Assembly: GCA_965216785.1 (NCBI GenBank)
Contig: OZ244197.1
Location: forward strand, 1,120,001-1,184,000
Source of the DNA: Thermodesulfobacteriota bacterium
Lineage (GTDB): Bacteria; Desulfobacterota_D; UBA1144; Nemesobacterales; UBA2774
Length of the DNA stretch: 64,000 nucleotides
Direction: 5' to 3'
The translations under genes were made by a program, and so were the position numbers. Below, piece after piece: positions 39,212 through 51,000 of the stretch (position 1 is its first letter; each line of letters opens with the position of its first letter). Below the pieces are notes generated by a model. It had not been told where the DNA came from and did no database searches. It saw only the letters and a program-made list of their open reading frames with translations.

Positions 39212-42200
39212 ATGGCCTTTGAACATAATAGTTTTATCAGCAAGCCTTTCCTGCGCTCTTTGTGGGCGTTGGATTATGAAGCCTATAAAGACACAGCGCA
39301 GGAAACAGAACTTATTAATATGCTCCGCGCCTGGGCGAAACGCTCCGATCTGAAAGAAACTTCGGCGGAATCGGCCTTTATAGACAGCTTCTTTAAATCT
39401 TTATGGGGCTATAAGCAGACCGGCCAGGATAGCGAGCCGGAATTTTCCCTTTTTCCTAAGTTCTCTGTGCCGGGAGGTGGTGTGAAAGGTGGCACAGGAG
39501 AAGCCGATCTTGCGATGGGATGGTTCGACCGTGATGGTGTCTCCCCTGTCCCGCAAATCCTTTGCGAGTTTAAGGATATAAAATCAAATCTGGACGCCCC
39601 GCAGAAAAGCCGGAAATCCAATCCCCGTTCCCCGGTTAAGCAATGCCTTGATTATCTGGGGGCAGCGCGGCGCGGATTATTCGGCAATGAAGCCATCCTG
39701 CCGAGTTGGGGCATTGTCACGGATATGAATGAGTTTCGGCTCTATTGGTATGACCGCGCCCCGCAGCAATATTTCCGCTTTGTCATCCGCCCTGTCGATT
39801 TATTCCAGGGCGAAGGCTTGCTGGCCGATACGGAAACTGCGCGATTTGAGCGTTTTTTATTCTGGAGGTTGTTTCATAGTGACACCCTGCTCACTACAGG
39901 CGGACGCTCAAAATTAGAGCAGTTAATTGCACAGCAATGGGTCAAAGAGCGCGAGATTGAAAATACGTTCTATAAAGAATACCGCACCTTCCGGGAAAAG
40001 CTTTATCAAACCCTGCTCAAACATAACCCGGATTTTCCCGGCACCAAGGGCAGGCTTGTGCGGATCGCGCAAAAAATCCTCGATCGCTTTATCTTCATTT
40101 TTTACTGCGAGGATATGGGACAGGCGTTGAGCTTTCCTCCGCAAATATTACGCGATTTTCTCATTGACCGTAGCAATAATCAATATTTTGATCCCGGCGG
40201 CTTCACGATCTGGTCTGAAATAATCTCACTGTTCAAAGCGATGAATGAGGGGCGGCCCTTCGGCGGCAAGAAAGTCAACCAGTTTAACGGCGGACTATTT
40301 GCCGATGATCCTGAAATGGAAAGCCTTTCCCTTCCCAATTCTGTATTCTGCCATAAAGGACAGGGGCAAAATGAAGCCAGCCTGAATGCAGACAAGCAAA
40401 CCGTTTTATATCTGTCCGCTGCCTATAATTACGCATCCGATTTTTCGCAAAGTTTACATCACTTGCCCGTCGAGGAAAAAGACCCGGCAAAGGCTTTAAA
40501 GCGCGACCCTTCCCGCAGCCTCGGGCTTTATACACTGGGCCGCATTTTTGAGCAATCCATCACAGAACTTGAAATCCTGGAAGCGGAAGCCGATGGCTTA
40601 TTATCGGTTAACAAAGAATCCAAACGCAAACGCGACGGCGTGTATTACACACCGGAATGGGTGGTCGAGTGCATTGTGCTTGAAACACTCGGGCCACGCC
40701 TGGCGGAGATCAAATCAGAATGCGGCTGGCCGGATACCGGTCTTCCCGATGAACAGGCCATTGATCAATACCAGGAGCGCCTGAAAATGCTTAAAGTCGT
40801 TGATCCCGCCTGCGGCTCCGGGGCTTTCCTGATCACAGTATTGCGTTTTCTTATGGATGAATGGCACAGCATGATCGCACTGCGCCGTGATGTCACCGGC
40901 AAAGTGACCAAACGCGATGATGACACCCTGATCAAAGATATATTGAGAAGCAATATTTACGGCGTTGATATCAACCCCGCTTCTGTAGAAATCACACGCC
41001 TTGCCCTTTGGCTGCATACGGCCAGCGGCGATAAGCCTTTATCCTCACTCGATCACACCATCCGCGACGGCAACAGCCTGATCGGACCAGATTTTTATAA
41101 AGGGCAAATAGACATGGCTTTTTATGATGACGTGCAAAAAGAGCGCGTCAACATTTTTGACTGGAAGGCGGCATTCCCGGAAGTGTTTGATACTGGCGGC
41201 TTTGATGCCGTGATCGGCAATCCGCCCTATGTAAAGCTGCAAAATTTCCGAAAAGTCCATGCCGACATGGCAGAATATCTAAAAACAGACAGGCTCGGTC
41301 ATCCCACCTATAAAAGCACCCAGACCGGAAATTTTGACCTCTATCTGCCCTTTATTGAAAAGGGCCTGCAATTGCTCGGAGAAAATGGCAGGCTCGGCTA
41401 TATCGCCCCCAGCGTGTGGACAGTCAATGAATACGGCTCCGCGCTTAGAACTTTAATTGCTGATACACAACAACTGGAACGCTGGATTGACTTTGGGGCC
41501 TTCCAGGTTTTTAACGAAGGGACATCCTATACGGCCTTGCAGTTTTATTCGAAGCAACCAAATGATTCCTTAAAAGTCAGCTTCGCTCCAGATGGTATCA
41601 TTACTGATAATCCCTGGGAGGATAAGGATTCAGAGTTACCATACGATAATATAGATTTTGGTAACCGATGGCTGTTGTTAACAGGAAAGGAAAGGAAGAT
41701 CATTGACTACCTGTACAAGAAATGCGCACGTCTTGATGATCCATCAACCACTAATAATATTTTCGTCGGTATTCAAACGAGCGCTGATCATATTTACCAT
41801 CTGGAATATATCGGACCTGGACGTTATCGCTGCCACCCAAAAGGAAAGAATGCTTCTCCTTACGAGGTTGAGTTGGAAGATGAGATTATGAAACCTCTGA
41901 TATCAGGCGTTGATGCCAAGCGCTATATTCAGCACGAAACTAAAACTTACTTGCTTTTTCCTTATCAGAACGAAAATGGAAAAGTTATCCTTATAGATAG
42001 AAAGATTTTTCAAGAACAATATCCGAAAACCTGGAAATATCTTAAATCCTATGAGACCGAGCTGCGCGCGCGTGAAAATTGCAAAATGGATCATGATGAT
42101 AGTTGGTGGGCATATAACTATCCTAAAAATCTCGATAAACAAGAGATTATAAAGTTGCTAGTTCCTCGCCTCGTCAGTGACCTACATTGTTCAGTTGATT

Positions 42201-43039
42201 CATCTGGAGAGGCTTACCTCGACAATGTTGATGTCGGCGGTGTTGAAGTTGCAGATGATCAGGACCCGTTTTTCATTGCAGGTATTTTGAATGCGCCGGT
42301 CGCCAATTTTGTTTTTCAGCGTATTTCAAAACCGTTTCGGGGAGAGTATAGATCAGCAAATAAGCAATTCATAGCGCCGCTGCCAGTTCCAAATGTTAGT
42401 GAAAAAGACCGCAATGTTGTTTCCGGCCATGCCAAATCTCTGCAAACTCTCTACACAAAGCGCAGGGATATTATTGCACGGCTCGAAAAACGTATGGAAA
42501 CGGTGCAGCTTAAATCACGCCCTGAAACCTTCCTGTTTCCAGACCTGAAAGCCGTAAAGGATTATGTGGAGTTTGCCCCGAAAAATCTTTTAGAGGTAGA
42601 ACGCAAGAGCTGGGCGAAACAAAAATACCAGGAGGATTTACAAGGCCGCTATGATGAGATTTCAGACCGTATCCATCCCGCTGCCGGTCTGGACGCTGAC
42701 TTTAAGGACGGAGAACTGGTCTTTTCAATAGACGGCATTTCTGTTCTCGAAAATATATTTTTGGATGATAAAGACGGCGCATTCATCCTGGCCCAATGGA
42801 AAGTACTGGCGCAGACTTTCTCGATCACGGACAAGACAGACGGTAAAAAACTCTGCAACGCTTTAAGAAAACTGGCCGTTACGGACAATGCCGCCCTGGT
42901 AAAACAAATTATAGAACTTGAAGGTGAATTAACCCGGCTTGAAGCTGATATTGCCAAGGAGGAAGAAGACATCAATCAAATTATTTATTCATTATACGGC
43001 CTGAACGAACAGGAAATCAATCTGATCAAAGCCGGATAG
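39212..43039 (+). CDS. Type IIG (Eco57I-like) restriction-modification fusion, N6-adenine MTase
   Basis: N-terminal AD...EFK nuclease; GVYYTP, DPACGSGAF, YGVDIN, GNPPY; TaqI-C-like TRD; C-terminal YSLYGLNEQE. Confidence 0.9.
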   Translation: MAFEHNSFISKPFLRSLWALDYEAYKDTAQETELINMLRAWAKRSDLKETSAESAFIDSFFKSLWGYKQTGQDSEPEFSLFPKFSVPGGGVKGGTGEADLAMGWFDRDGVSPVPQILCEFKDIKSNLDAPQKSRKSNPRSPVKQCLDYLGAARRGLFGNEAILPSWGIVTDMNEFRLYWYDRAPQQYFRFVIRPVDLFQGEGLLADTETARFERFLFWRLFHSDTLLTTGGRSKLEQLIAQQWVKEREIENTFYKEYRTFREKLYQTLLKHNPDFPGTKGRLVRIAQKILDRFIFIFYCEDMGQALSFPPQILRDFLIDRSNNQYFDPGGFTIWSEIISLFKAMNEGRPFGGKKVNQFNGGLFADDPEMESLSLPNSVFCHKGQGQNEASLNADKQTVLYLSAAYNYASDFSQSLHHLPVEEKDPAKALKRDPSRSLGLYTLGRIFEQSITELEILEAEADGLLSVNKESKRKRDGVYYTPEWVVECIVLETLGPRLAEIKSECGWPDTGLPDEQAIDQYQERLKMLKVVDPACGSGAFLITVLRFLMDEWHSMIALRRDVTGKVTKRDDDTLIKDILRSNIYGVDINPASVEITRLALWLHTASGDKPLSSLDHTIRDGNSLIGPDFYKGQIDMAFYDDVQKERVNIFDWKAAFPEVFDTGGFDAVIGNPPYVKLQNFRKVHADMAEYLKTDRLGHPTYKSTQTGNFDLYLPFIEKGLQLLGENGRLGYIAPSVWTVNEYGSALRTLIADTQQLERWIDFGAFQVFNEGTSYTALQFYSKQPNDSLKVSFAPDGIITDNPWEDKDSELPYDNIDFGNRWLLLTGKERKIIDYLYKKCARLDDPSTTNNIFVGIQTSADHIYHLEYIGPGRYRCHPKGKNASPYEVELEDEIMKPLISGVDAKRYIQHETKTYLLFPYQNENGKVILIDRKIFQEQYPKTWKYLKSYETELRARENCKMDHDDSWWAYNYPKNLDKQEIIKLLVPRLVSDLHCSVDSSGEAYLDNVDVGGVEVADDQDPFFIAGILNAPVANFVFQRISKPFRGEYRSANKQFIAPLPVPNVSEKDRNVVSGHAKSLQTLYTKRRDIIARLEKRMETVQLKSRPETFLFPDLKAVKDYVEFAPKNLLEVERKSWAKQKYQEDLQGRYDEISDRIHPAAGLDADFKDGELVFSIDGISVLENIFLDDKDGAFILAQWKVLAQTFSITDKTDGKKLCNALRKLAVTDNAALVKQIIELEGELTRLEADIAKEEEDINQIIYSLYGLNEQEINLIKAG

Positions 43040-43411
43040 TCCTTTACATGGGGGCTATTTATGATAGCTCCGAGACTTTTTTAATTTTGTTTTTATTGAG
43101 GGGGAAAGCCTTCCGCGATTAGGTATGTGGGGGAAGGTCTCCCCCTGGCTTTAACCGCCGCCATGTGCCGTTTTCAGCACACCCTCTTCGAGCGGGGACA
43201 GCCCGTAGGCACCCCGCTTTACTTCAAAACAACCGCGATACGCATTTTGATTGAAAATTACCAAAGTGTCCACGCTGCTGAGCATGCTCATTGGTGTCCA
43301 CAACTCTCATGCCGTATTTTGTACGATCTAACATTAACATATACAAAAATACTCATTTTAAATTATCGCCGCTTAAAACTACTAATATCTTGGTCTAATT
43401 TGCTTTATTTC

Positions 43412-44038
43412 TTATTCTCTAATCTTATTGGCCAGTTTACCATTTTCTGATGGTAACACATCTGCATATAATGCAGTCATACTTATTTTGCTATGTCCAA
43501 GTTGTTTCTGAACATATCTAAGGTTGTTTGTAGCATGTAATAAAAAAGTAGCATATGTGTGACGAGCACTGTGTATTGAAAAATGTAAAGGCAAGTGCGA
43601 TTCTTCGATTGCCCTCTTAAATGATTTCATAAGAGTTATTGCTGCACAGTGTTTTCCATTTCTACCCACAAATAACGCACTATCATCTTTAACTTCTTCG
43701 CCTATTGTTTTCTTTTTCCAAGTGATAAATGTCTTTAAATGGTTTACAAGTTCTTTGTCCAAATAAACGTCCCTTTTTTTACCTCTCTTTCCACTTCGTA
43801 CAATTAAATAAGGATCTTTAGTTGTTAATTCAATATCGCCGATTTTTAAGTTAGCAACCTCTGCTACACGTAATCCGCTAAAAAGTACTAAATCCACCAA
43901 CATGTAACGTTTTACCCATGTTTCACGACCATGTAATATATCCAGTTCAGATTTATCACTACAGGTTTTTAACAGCTTTGATCTTTGATCAAAGTCTAAA
44001 ATCTTTTCTCTATCAATGCTGTATATGCTAGAACTCAT
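43412..44038 (-). CDS. Tyrosine recombinase, catalytic domain only
   Basis: GLRVAE, K, HSARH, LGHS, Y catalytic set in 208 aa. Confidence 0.9.
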   Translation of the reverse strand: MSSSIYSIDREKILDFDQRSKLLKTCSDKSELDILHGRETWVKRYMLVDLVLFSGLRVAEVANLKIGDIELTTKDPYLIVRSGKRGKKRDVYLDKELVNHLKTFITWKKKTIGEEVKDDSALFVGRNGKHCAAITLMKSFKRAIEESHLPLHFSIHSARHTYATFLLHATNNLRYVQKQLGHSKISMTALYADVLPSENGKLANKIRE

Positions 44039-44281
44039 TTTTGCTCTCTTATTTTATAGCCTATGGATAATATTGTATAGAATAATACTAATAGGACAAC
44101 GATATTTTATAGATTATTTATATTCTCTATAAAATTTTCCGAATACTACAACAGAACGGATATAAAATTCCGTTATTGTGATTACAATGTAAGCGTGATT
44201 GGCTCTATATAAAGATGCTGTGATTTTTGATTATTATGAGTGCTATTGCTGTATATAATAGAGAATATAAGGAATCAATAT

Positions 44282-44476
44282 ATGCAACGACAATCAGTTA
44301 TTAAATGCCCAGAGTGCGGGTTCGAGAAAGAAGAGACTATGCCTACTGATTCATGTCAGTTCTTCTATGAATGTACAAATTGTAAAGCACTGTTAAAACC
44401 CAACCCCGGCGACTGCTGTGTGTTTTGTTCCTTCGGAAACATCAAGTGCCCCTTAGTACAAGAAGGTCTTTGCTAG
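44282..44476 (+). CDS. GDCCVxC-domain protein
   Basis: CPECG..E.MPTDSCQFFYECTNC..LLKP..GDCCVFCSFG..CP. Confidence 0.88.
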   Translation: MQRQSVIKCPECGFEKEETMPTDSCQFFYECTNCKALLKPNPGDCCVFCSFGNIKCPLVQEGLC

Positions 44477-44629
44477 TATACTGCTCCCCATTAAGAAGCG
44501 GCTAGTATTAAGCTAGTAAAATAACCTGAAATAGTTGAAGGAGTGGTAGCAGTATAGCATAATCCAGCTAGTAAATTAAAATTCAAGGGCTTGTTGACTT
44601 CTAGTCATTAACCAATATATTTAATTTGT

Positions 44630-45022
44630 ATGAGATCTCTGAGTCTATTACTAATTTTTAGTTTGGCACTTTGCTATAGTGGCATCTGTTCGGCAACAGA
44701 TTTAATTGCTGATAGTACGGCTGTAACAAGTTCTCATTGTGATATGGCAAATCATGATGCTGCAGATAGTTCAGACGAATCTCTAGTATTCATTCAAGAT
44801 ATAAACACTACTGATTCACAAAATTCCCAATGTTGTTATGAGGGATTAACAAATTCATCAATTGACGATAATTTAATCAATACCGATTTAGTCGTAGTAT
44901 TTTTATTAGATTTCCCTGACTTTTTAGAAACCAAGAATTCAAAATCCATAGATTTTATATTTACACAGAGAGTTCATGGTCCTCCGGATATATACTTATC
45001 CGTTTCTAGATTTTTACTATAA
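44630..45022 (+). CDS. Hypothetical secreted protein preceding the metal efflux operon
   Basis: Signal peptide, HCDM..H, CC, C-terminal HGPPDIYL..SRFLL, a pattern seen in leaders of metal-efflux operons. Confidence 0.6.
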   Translation: MRSLSLLLIFSLALCYSGICSATDLIADSTAVTSSHCDMANHDAADSSDESLVFIQDINTTDSQNSQCCYEGLTNSSIDDNLINTDLVVVFLLDFPDFLETKNSKSIDFIFTQRVHGPPDIYLSVSRFLL

Positions 45023-45168
45023 TTCCCACCTAAATATTTTTTGGACGATGATAGTTTCAAATAGCTATCTACGTCATTCTATTTTATTCCTTCACAGAGT
45101 TTTATCAAAACTATATGGCCACTAATTTGTGAGGCCGTAAATAGTTGTTTAGAAACGGAGAAAATAAT

Positions 45169-46476
45169 ATGAAGTTATTCTACATTATATTATTCGCTGT
45201 ATTAGTTTTAGGAGTTAATGTAAGAGCTGAGACTGTAAAACTTGATTCTTTAGTTAAAGAAGCTTTAGATAATAATCCTGAGATAAAAGCTTCTACGGCT
45301 AGATGGGAAGCATCAACAAAGCGCCCTTCTCAGGAGGGTTCTTTACCCAATCCTATAATTGGGGGAAGAATCAAGAATGTCAGTTTCTCTGAAATAACCT
45401 TAGGAGAAGACCCCAGGTCAGATCTTCAAGCCTTTGTTAGCCAAGAAATACCTTTCCCTGGAAAGCTTTCATCAAAAGAAAAAATAGCAGAGGAAGAAGC
45501 AGAATCGCAAAGATGGATTTCTGACGCGATTACAAGGAAAGTCGTTGCCGATCTGAAAGAAGCATATTTCGATTGGTTCTTTGTAAATAAGTCCATTGAG
45601 ATAACAAATAAAAATAAAGAGTTATTGGAGAAATTTGTAAGGATAGCAGAAGCAAAATACGAAGTAGGAATGGGTATTCAGCAAGATGTTTTAAAGGCTC
45701 AAGTCGAGGTTTCAAGCTTCATAGAAAGACTTGAGCTATTAAGAGAAAAAAAAGAAATTATAGAAACTAAGATTAAGAAAATATTGAATCGTTCATTGGA
45801 TTCTCCCCTCGGTGAACCTGAAGAAGTAACAAAATCCGAACTTGCCCAATCACTGACAGATATTTCGAATGCAGCGTCAGAACAAGCACCAGAGCTCAAG
45901 TCAAGCGCCAAGTTAATTGATAGCCGGAATGAGAATTTAAAACTTGCGAAGAAGCAATACCTTCCTGACTTCATATTGGGAGCCACTTATTTTAACAGGG
46001 ACGGGAGTAACGGTGACTTGGATGATATATGGCAAGTTAGTCTTGGATTAAGAGTTCCACTTTACTATTGGAGAAAAGAAAGGTTTGGAGTTCAAGAAGC
46101 TGCACTGGAGGTTTCTGAAGCTAAGGAGAATTTCAATTCCGTTAAGAACAATGTGCTTTTTACGGCAAAAGATAACTACATTACTGCAACCACTTCAGAC
46201 AAGCTTCTTGAACTTTATAGAACTGGGATAATTCCTCAATCGAGTTTATCGCTTGAGTCAGCAATCTCTGGCTATCAAGTTGGCGATGTAGATTTCCTTA
46301 CCCTGCTGGACAATCTAATCACACTATTCAATTTCGAGCTTGGATACTTTGAACAACTAACTCTATATCAAAAGGCCTTGACCAGAATCGAGGAAGTAAC
46401 TGGATTGGATTTGGTTGCGAATAATTCAACCATTGGAAATGAAACTATTAACAATAATGATGTCAGGAGTGAGTAA
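45169..46476 (+). CDS. TolC-family outer membrane factor (CusC-like)
   Basis: EALDNNPEI, SQEIPFPGKL, YLPDF, YQVGDVDFLTLLD. Confidence 0.9.
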   Translation: MKLFYIILFAVLVLGVNVRAETVKLDSLVKEALDNNPEIKASTARWEASTKRPSQEGSLPNPIIGGRIKNVSFSEITLGEDPRSDLQAFVSQEIPFPGKLSSKEKIAEEEAESQRWISDAITRKVVADLKEAYFDWFFVNKSIEITNKNKELLEKFVRIAEAKYEVGMGIQQDVLKAQVEVSSFIERLELLREKKEIIETKIKKILNRSLDSPLGEPEEVTKSELAQSLTDISNAASEQAPELKSSAKLIDSRNENLKLAKKQYLPDFILGATYFNRDGSNGDLDDIWQVSLGLRVPLYYWRKERFGVQEAALEVSEAKENFNSVKNNVLFTAKDNYITATTSDKLLELYRTGIIPQSSLSLESAISGYQVGDVDFLTLLDNLITLFNFELGYFEQLTLYQKALTRIEEVTGLDLVANNSTIGNETINNNDVRSE

Positions 46477-46478
46477 AA

Positions 46479-48008
46479 ATGACGCAAACATATAAAAAGA
46501 AACAATACAAGATTTTGGGCATATTAATTGTGCTTATACTCGTATCTTTGGTTTTATATAAGTACGGCTCAAATATTCCCTTGATCAACAAAATCCCAAT
46601 TTTCGCTGATGATCACGAACACGAGTACAGACCTGTGTTCACAGAGGAGGGTGAAATAGATTATTGGACTTGTGCTATGCATCCCTCTGTAAGATTAAAA
46701 GAGCCCGGGCAATGCCCTATCTGCGGTATGGAGACTACTCCTGTACTAAAAACAGACAATTCTCAGACCGAACCCAACTCACAAACAGGAATGGAAGAAA
46801 AAGATAGTACAAAAAATGGAGAAGATATGACTGATATGCAGGGTCATGATCATAGTACGATGGGAGTTCGTACAAAAAAAGACAATGGCGGAGAAGAGAA
46901 ATCAGTTTTTTCAGTAACTCCAGAGAGACAGCAATTAATAGGTATAAAGACTGAACCTATTATGATACGAGCTTTAGATAAAAATATACGCACAGTTGGA
47001 ATGGTAGAAATCGATGAAACTAGGATTGACCATATTAATACCAAAATAAAAGGCTGGATTGATAAAGTCTTTGTAGATTACACATGGCAATACGTAAATA
47101 AAGGAGACCCGCTGTTTTCAATATACAGCCCCGAACTCGTTTCTACTCAGGAAGAATTTTTACTAGCTCTCAGGTCAAAAGATCTTTTAGGGAGTAATCA
47201 ATATAGTGAAATAGCACGTGGTTCTAGTTCACTTCTTGAAGCTACTAGAAGACGGCTCAAGCTCTGGGACGTTTCCGAAAATCAGATACGTGAGCTGGAA
47301 AGAACCGGAAAAGTTAAAACGAGCCTTATTATCTACTCGCCCGTTTCCGGCAACGTTGTTGAAAAAAATGCTTTTGAAAATATGTTCGTAGAGCCAAACA
47401 CTACCATATATTCCATTGCTGATCATTCATTAGTCTGGGTACAGGTCGATATCTACGAGAATGAAATCTCCCTAATCAAATTAGGTCAAAAAGCTACTAT
47501 GACATTAGCTTCTTTTCCGGGAGAGGTATATGAAGGTGAGGTCACATTCATCTGGCCACATATAGATCCAAAAACGAGAACTGTAAAAGTCCGTCTCGAG
47601 TTTCCTAACCCCGATCTAAAACTCCTACCCGAAATGTATGCGAATGTGAATCTGGTTATTCCTATTGGCGAAAAACTAACGATACCTGAGAGCGCTATAT
47701 TAAGGACCGGTAAACAAGATATTGTTTTTGTCGACAGAGGCGCAGGGAATATGGAGATTAGAAAAGTTGAGCTTGGCCAAAAGGCAGGGGGTTATTATGA
47801 GGTGCTTAGAGGTTTAAAAAAGGGTGAACAGGTAGTTTCGAGAGCTAATTTCCTTATCGATTCGGAAAGTAAGATCCAGGCAGCGGTAGCAACTTGGGGA
47901 GAAGAACAAGAGAGCGGTCAGGAAACAACTCAGAAATTAGAACTCCAATTGGAACAGGAAGTAGATGACAATTCGGCGACTCAGCAACCTCAACTTCACC
48001 AGCATTAA
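46479..48008 (+). CDS. cusB: CusB-type RND membrane fusion protein
   Basis: WTCAMHP..CPICGM metal-binding domain; GWIDKV, IYSPELVSTQEE, FLIDSES. Confidence 0.88.
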   Translation: MTQTYKKKQYKILGILIVLILVSLVLYKYGSNIPLINKIPIFADDHEHEYRPVFTEEGEIDYWTCAMHPSVRLKEPGQCPICGMETTPVLKTDNSQTEPNSQTGMEEKDSTKNGEDMTDMQGHDHSTMGVRTKKDNGGEEKSVFSVTPERQQLIGIKTEPIMIRALDKNIRTVGMVEIDETRIDHINTKIKGWIDKVFVDYTWQYVNKGDPLFSIYSPELVSTQEEFLLALRSKDLLGSNQYSEIARGSSSLLEATRRRLKLWDVSENQIRELERTGKVKTSLIIYSPVSGNVVEKNAFENMFVEPNTTIYSIADHSLVWVQVDIYENEISLIKLGQKATMTLASFPGEVYEGEVTFIWPHIDPKTRTVKVRLEFPNPDLKLLPEMYANVNLVIPIGEKLTIPESAILRTGKQDIVFVDRGAGNMEIRKVELGQKAGGYYEVLRGLKKGEQVVSRANFLIDSESKIQAAVATWGEEQESGQETTQKLELQLEQEVDDNSATQQPQLHQH

Positions 48009-48052
48009 TTTTTCGTGCGAGACTGATTCGCATAATCAAATGGAGAATAGAA

Positions 48053-51000
48053 ATGATAGAAAAAATTATTGAGTTCTCAGCAAGAAACAGATTTTTAACA
48101 ATATTAGGTGTTCTTTTCATCGCTGCATGGGGTTTCTGGGCAATGAAGCAAACTCCGCTGGATGCAATTCCTGATCTTTCGGACGTCCAAGTTATAGTCT
48201 TCACAGAATGGACTGGGAGAAGCCCTGACCTTGTCGAAGATCAAATTACATATCCGATTGTTACTACTATGATTGCTGCACCTAACGTGAAATTTGTTCG
48301 CGGTCAATCCTTCTTTGGTCTTTCGTTTATTTACATCATCTTTGAAGACGGAACCGACATGTACTGGGCAAGAAGCCGAATTCTAGAATATCTTAACGAG
48401 GTCTCTGGGCAACTTCCTGAAGGTGTAACACCGACATTAGGTCCAGATGCGACAGGTGTAGGATGGGTGTATCAATACGCACTGGTTGATAAAACGGGGA
48501 ATAACGATTTAGCTGAGCTTAGAACATTTCAAGATTGGTATCTTCGTTACTGGCTTGAATCTGTTCCAGGTGTAGCAGAAGTAGCGAGTGTTGGTGGATT
48601 CGAGAAGCAATATCAAGTTGAGATTGACCCTAATAAATTATTCGCTTACAAAATCCCACTGGACAAAGTTATTAACGCCATTCGAAGAAGTAATAATGAT
48701 GTTGGAGGAAGAGTGGTCGAGTTTGCTACTACTGAATATTTTGTGAGGGGAAGGGGATATATAAAATCTGTAGAAGATATTGAGAAAATACCTGTAGGTA
48801 CGAACGAACTTGGAACACCTGTATATATCAGAGATATAGCTAATGTGCAGTTGGGACCGGAAATTAGAAGAGGTCTCTCAGAATTGGACGGAGAGGGTGA
48901 GGCAGTTGGCGGAATTGTAGTTATGCGTTACGGGGAAAATGCCTTGGATGTTATTGAAAAAGTTAAACAGAAAATCGAAGATATAAAACCGTCCCTTCCC
49001 GAAGGAGTCGAAATTGTAACTACTTATGACCGCTCCGGTTTAATAGAACGCGCTATAAACACATTAAAGGAAAAACTAATTGAGGAAAGCATTATTGTAA
49101 GTATTGTCATAATTGTATTCCTTTTTCATCTTAGAAGCGCTTCAGTTCCTATTCTGACTATTCCTTTTGCAGTCTTGATGGCATTTATACCAATGTACTA
49201 TATGAAGCTTACTTCAAACATAATGTCACTTGGAGGAATTGCAATCGCAATTGGCGCTATGGTAGATGCCTCAATAGTTCTTGTCGAGAATGTGCATAAA
49301 AGACTTGAACACTGGCAAGGAGAAGGTGGTGAAGAAGGAAGAACGAAGGTAATGATAGATGCTATGAAAGAAGTTGGGAAACCAATTTTCTTTGCTCTTC
49401 TTGTCATAACGATTTCTTTTCTTCCCGTATTTACACTTGAGGCCCAGGAAGGGAGGCTTTTTAAGCCTCTAGCCTATACTAAAACCTTTTCCATGTTTTT
49501 CGCCGCACTTTTGGCTATTACAATGACACCGGCATTAATTACTCTATTAATAAAGGGCAAGATCAAACCAGAGATAAAAAACCCAGTCAACAGATTACTT
49601 ATCAAACTATATGACCCTGTTGTTAAGGTCGCATTGCGCTTTAAGAAGACTGTGATAGTAGCGTCGATTCTCATACTCCTAGTAACAGTCATCCCATTCA
49701 TGAAACTTGGATCTGAATTTATGCCGCCTCTTAACGAGGGGAGCATTCTCTATATGCCGACCGCTGTTCCCGGAATGTCGATAACGGAGGCAGCCAAAAT
49801 TCTTCACTTACAAGATAAAATGCTGATGCAATTTCCGGAGGTTGAAAGAGTGTTTGGCAAAATCGGAAGGGCAAGAACAGCTACAGATCCTGCTCCTCTT
49901 AGTATGGTGGAAACAATTATTACACTTAAACCTGAAGAAGAATGGCGAGAGGGGATGACTTGGGACAAATTAATATCAGAGATGAACCAGACCGTAAAAT
50001 TTCCGGGAATGGCAAATATATTTTGGATGCCTATTCAAACCAGAACAGAGATGCTTTCTACGGGATTCAGAAGTAATCTCGGCATAAAAGTTTTTGGCCC
50101 TGATCTTAAAATTATTGAAGACATTGGTGTTAAAATCGAGGGGGTTTTATCCGAACTCCCAGGTACTAGGAGTGTTTTTGCTGAGAGGGTTACTGGGGGT
50201 TATTTTCTTGATTTTGACATTGACCGGGAGGAAGCTGCAAGATACGGCCTAACAGTCGGGGATGTGGAGGATGTCATTGAGACGGCCATAGGCGGAAAAA
50301 ATATCTCACAAACTGTCGAGGGTCAGGAAAGGTATCCGATAAACGTTAGGTATCAAAGAGAGCTCAGAATGGATATAGAAGAATTAGAAAGGGTCTTGGT
50401 AGCTACTCCCACGGGGGCACAAGTTCCCCTATCACTCTTGGTTGATCTTCAATTCACAACTGGGCCCCCTCAAATACGAAACGAAGATGGGCAGAAGGTC
50501 GGATATGTATTTGTCGATGTTGAAGGTAAGGACTACGAAGGTTTTGTAAATGAGGCTAAGTCAATTGTCAGGGAAAACGTAGATCTTCCACCGGGGTATT
50601 TTCTCGAGTGGGCCGGACAGTATGAATATCTGCAAAGAGTAAAAGAGAAACTAATTTATGTAGTGCCACTCACAGTATTTATTATTTTTCTCTTAATCTT
50701 TTTGAACTTTAACTCAGTGATAGAAACCTTGATTGTATTACTGTCTATTCCATTTTCCTTAGTTGGCAGTATTTGGCTCCTTTATATACTGGATTACAAC
50801 CTCAGCATTGCAGTATGGGTTGGGATTATAGCTCTAGCTGGGCTCGCTGCTCAAACAGGGATTGTGATGATAATTTATCTTGATGAATTTTATGAAAAAA
50901 TGATCAAAGAAGGAAAATCAGGCTTAGGTGACTTGGCCAAGGCTATACACGACGGTGCTGTACAAAGGGTGAGACCCAAGATGATGACTGTTATGGCATT

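Noticed and set aside
43041-43068. Possible partner dif site after the R-M gene (CCTTTACATGG GGGCTA TTTATGATAGC)
   Set aside because: Only a partial XerD-arm match and a poor XerC arm
43100-43260. GC-rich hairpin and a minus-strand peptide (AYRGCFEVKRGAYGLSP) faintly like a DUF2161 C-terminus
   Set aside because: Too short and degenerate to call without a search; the 43127..43450 ORF is also unsupported
44282-44476. Selenoprotein version of GDCCVxC
   Set aside because: No in-frame TGA; all positions are Cys
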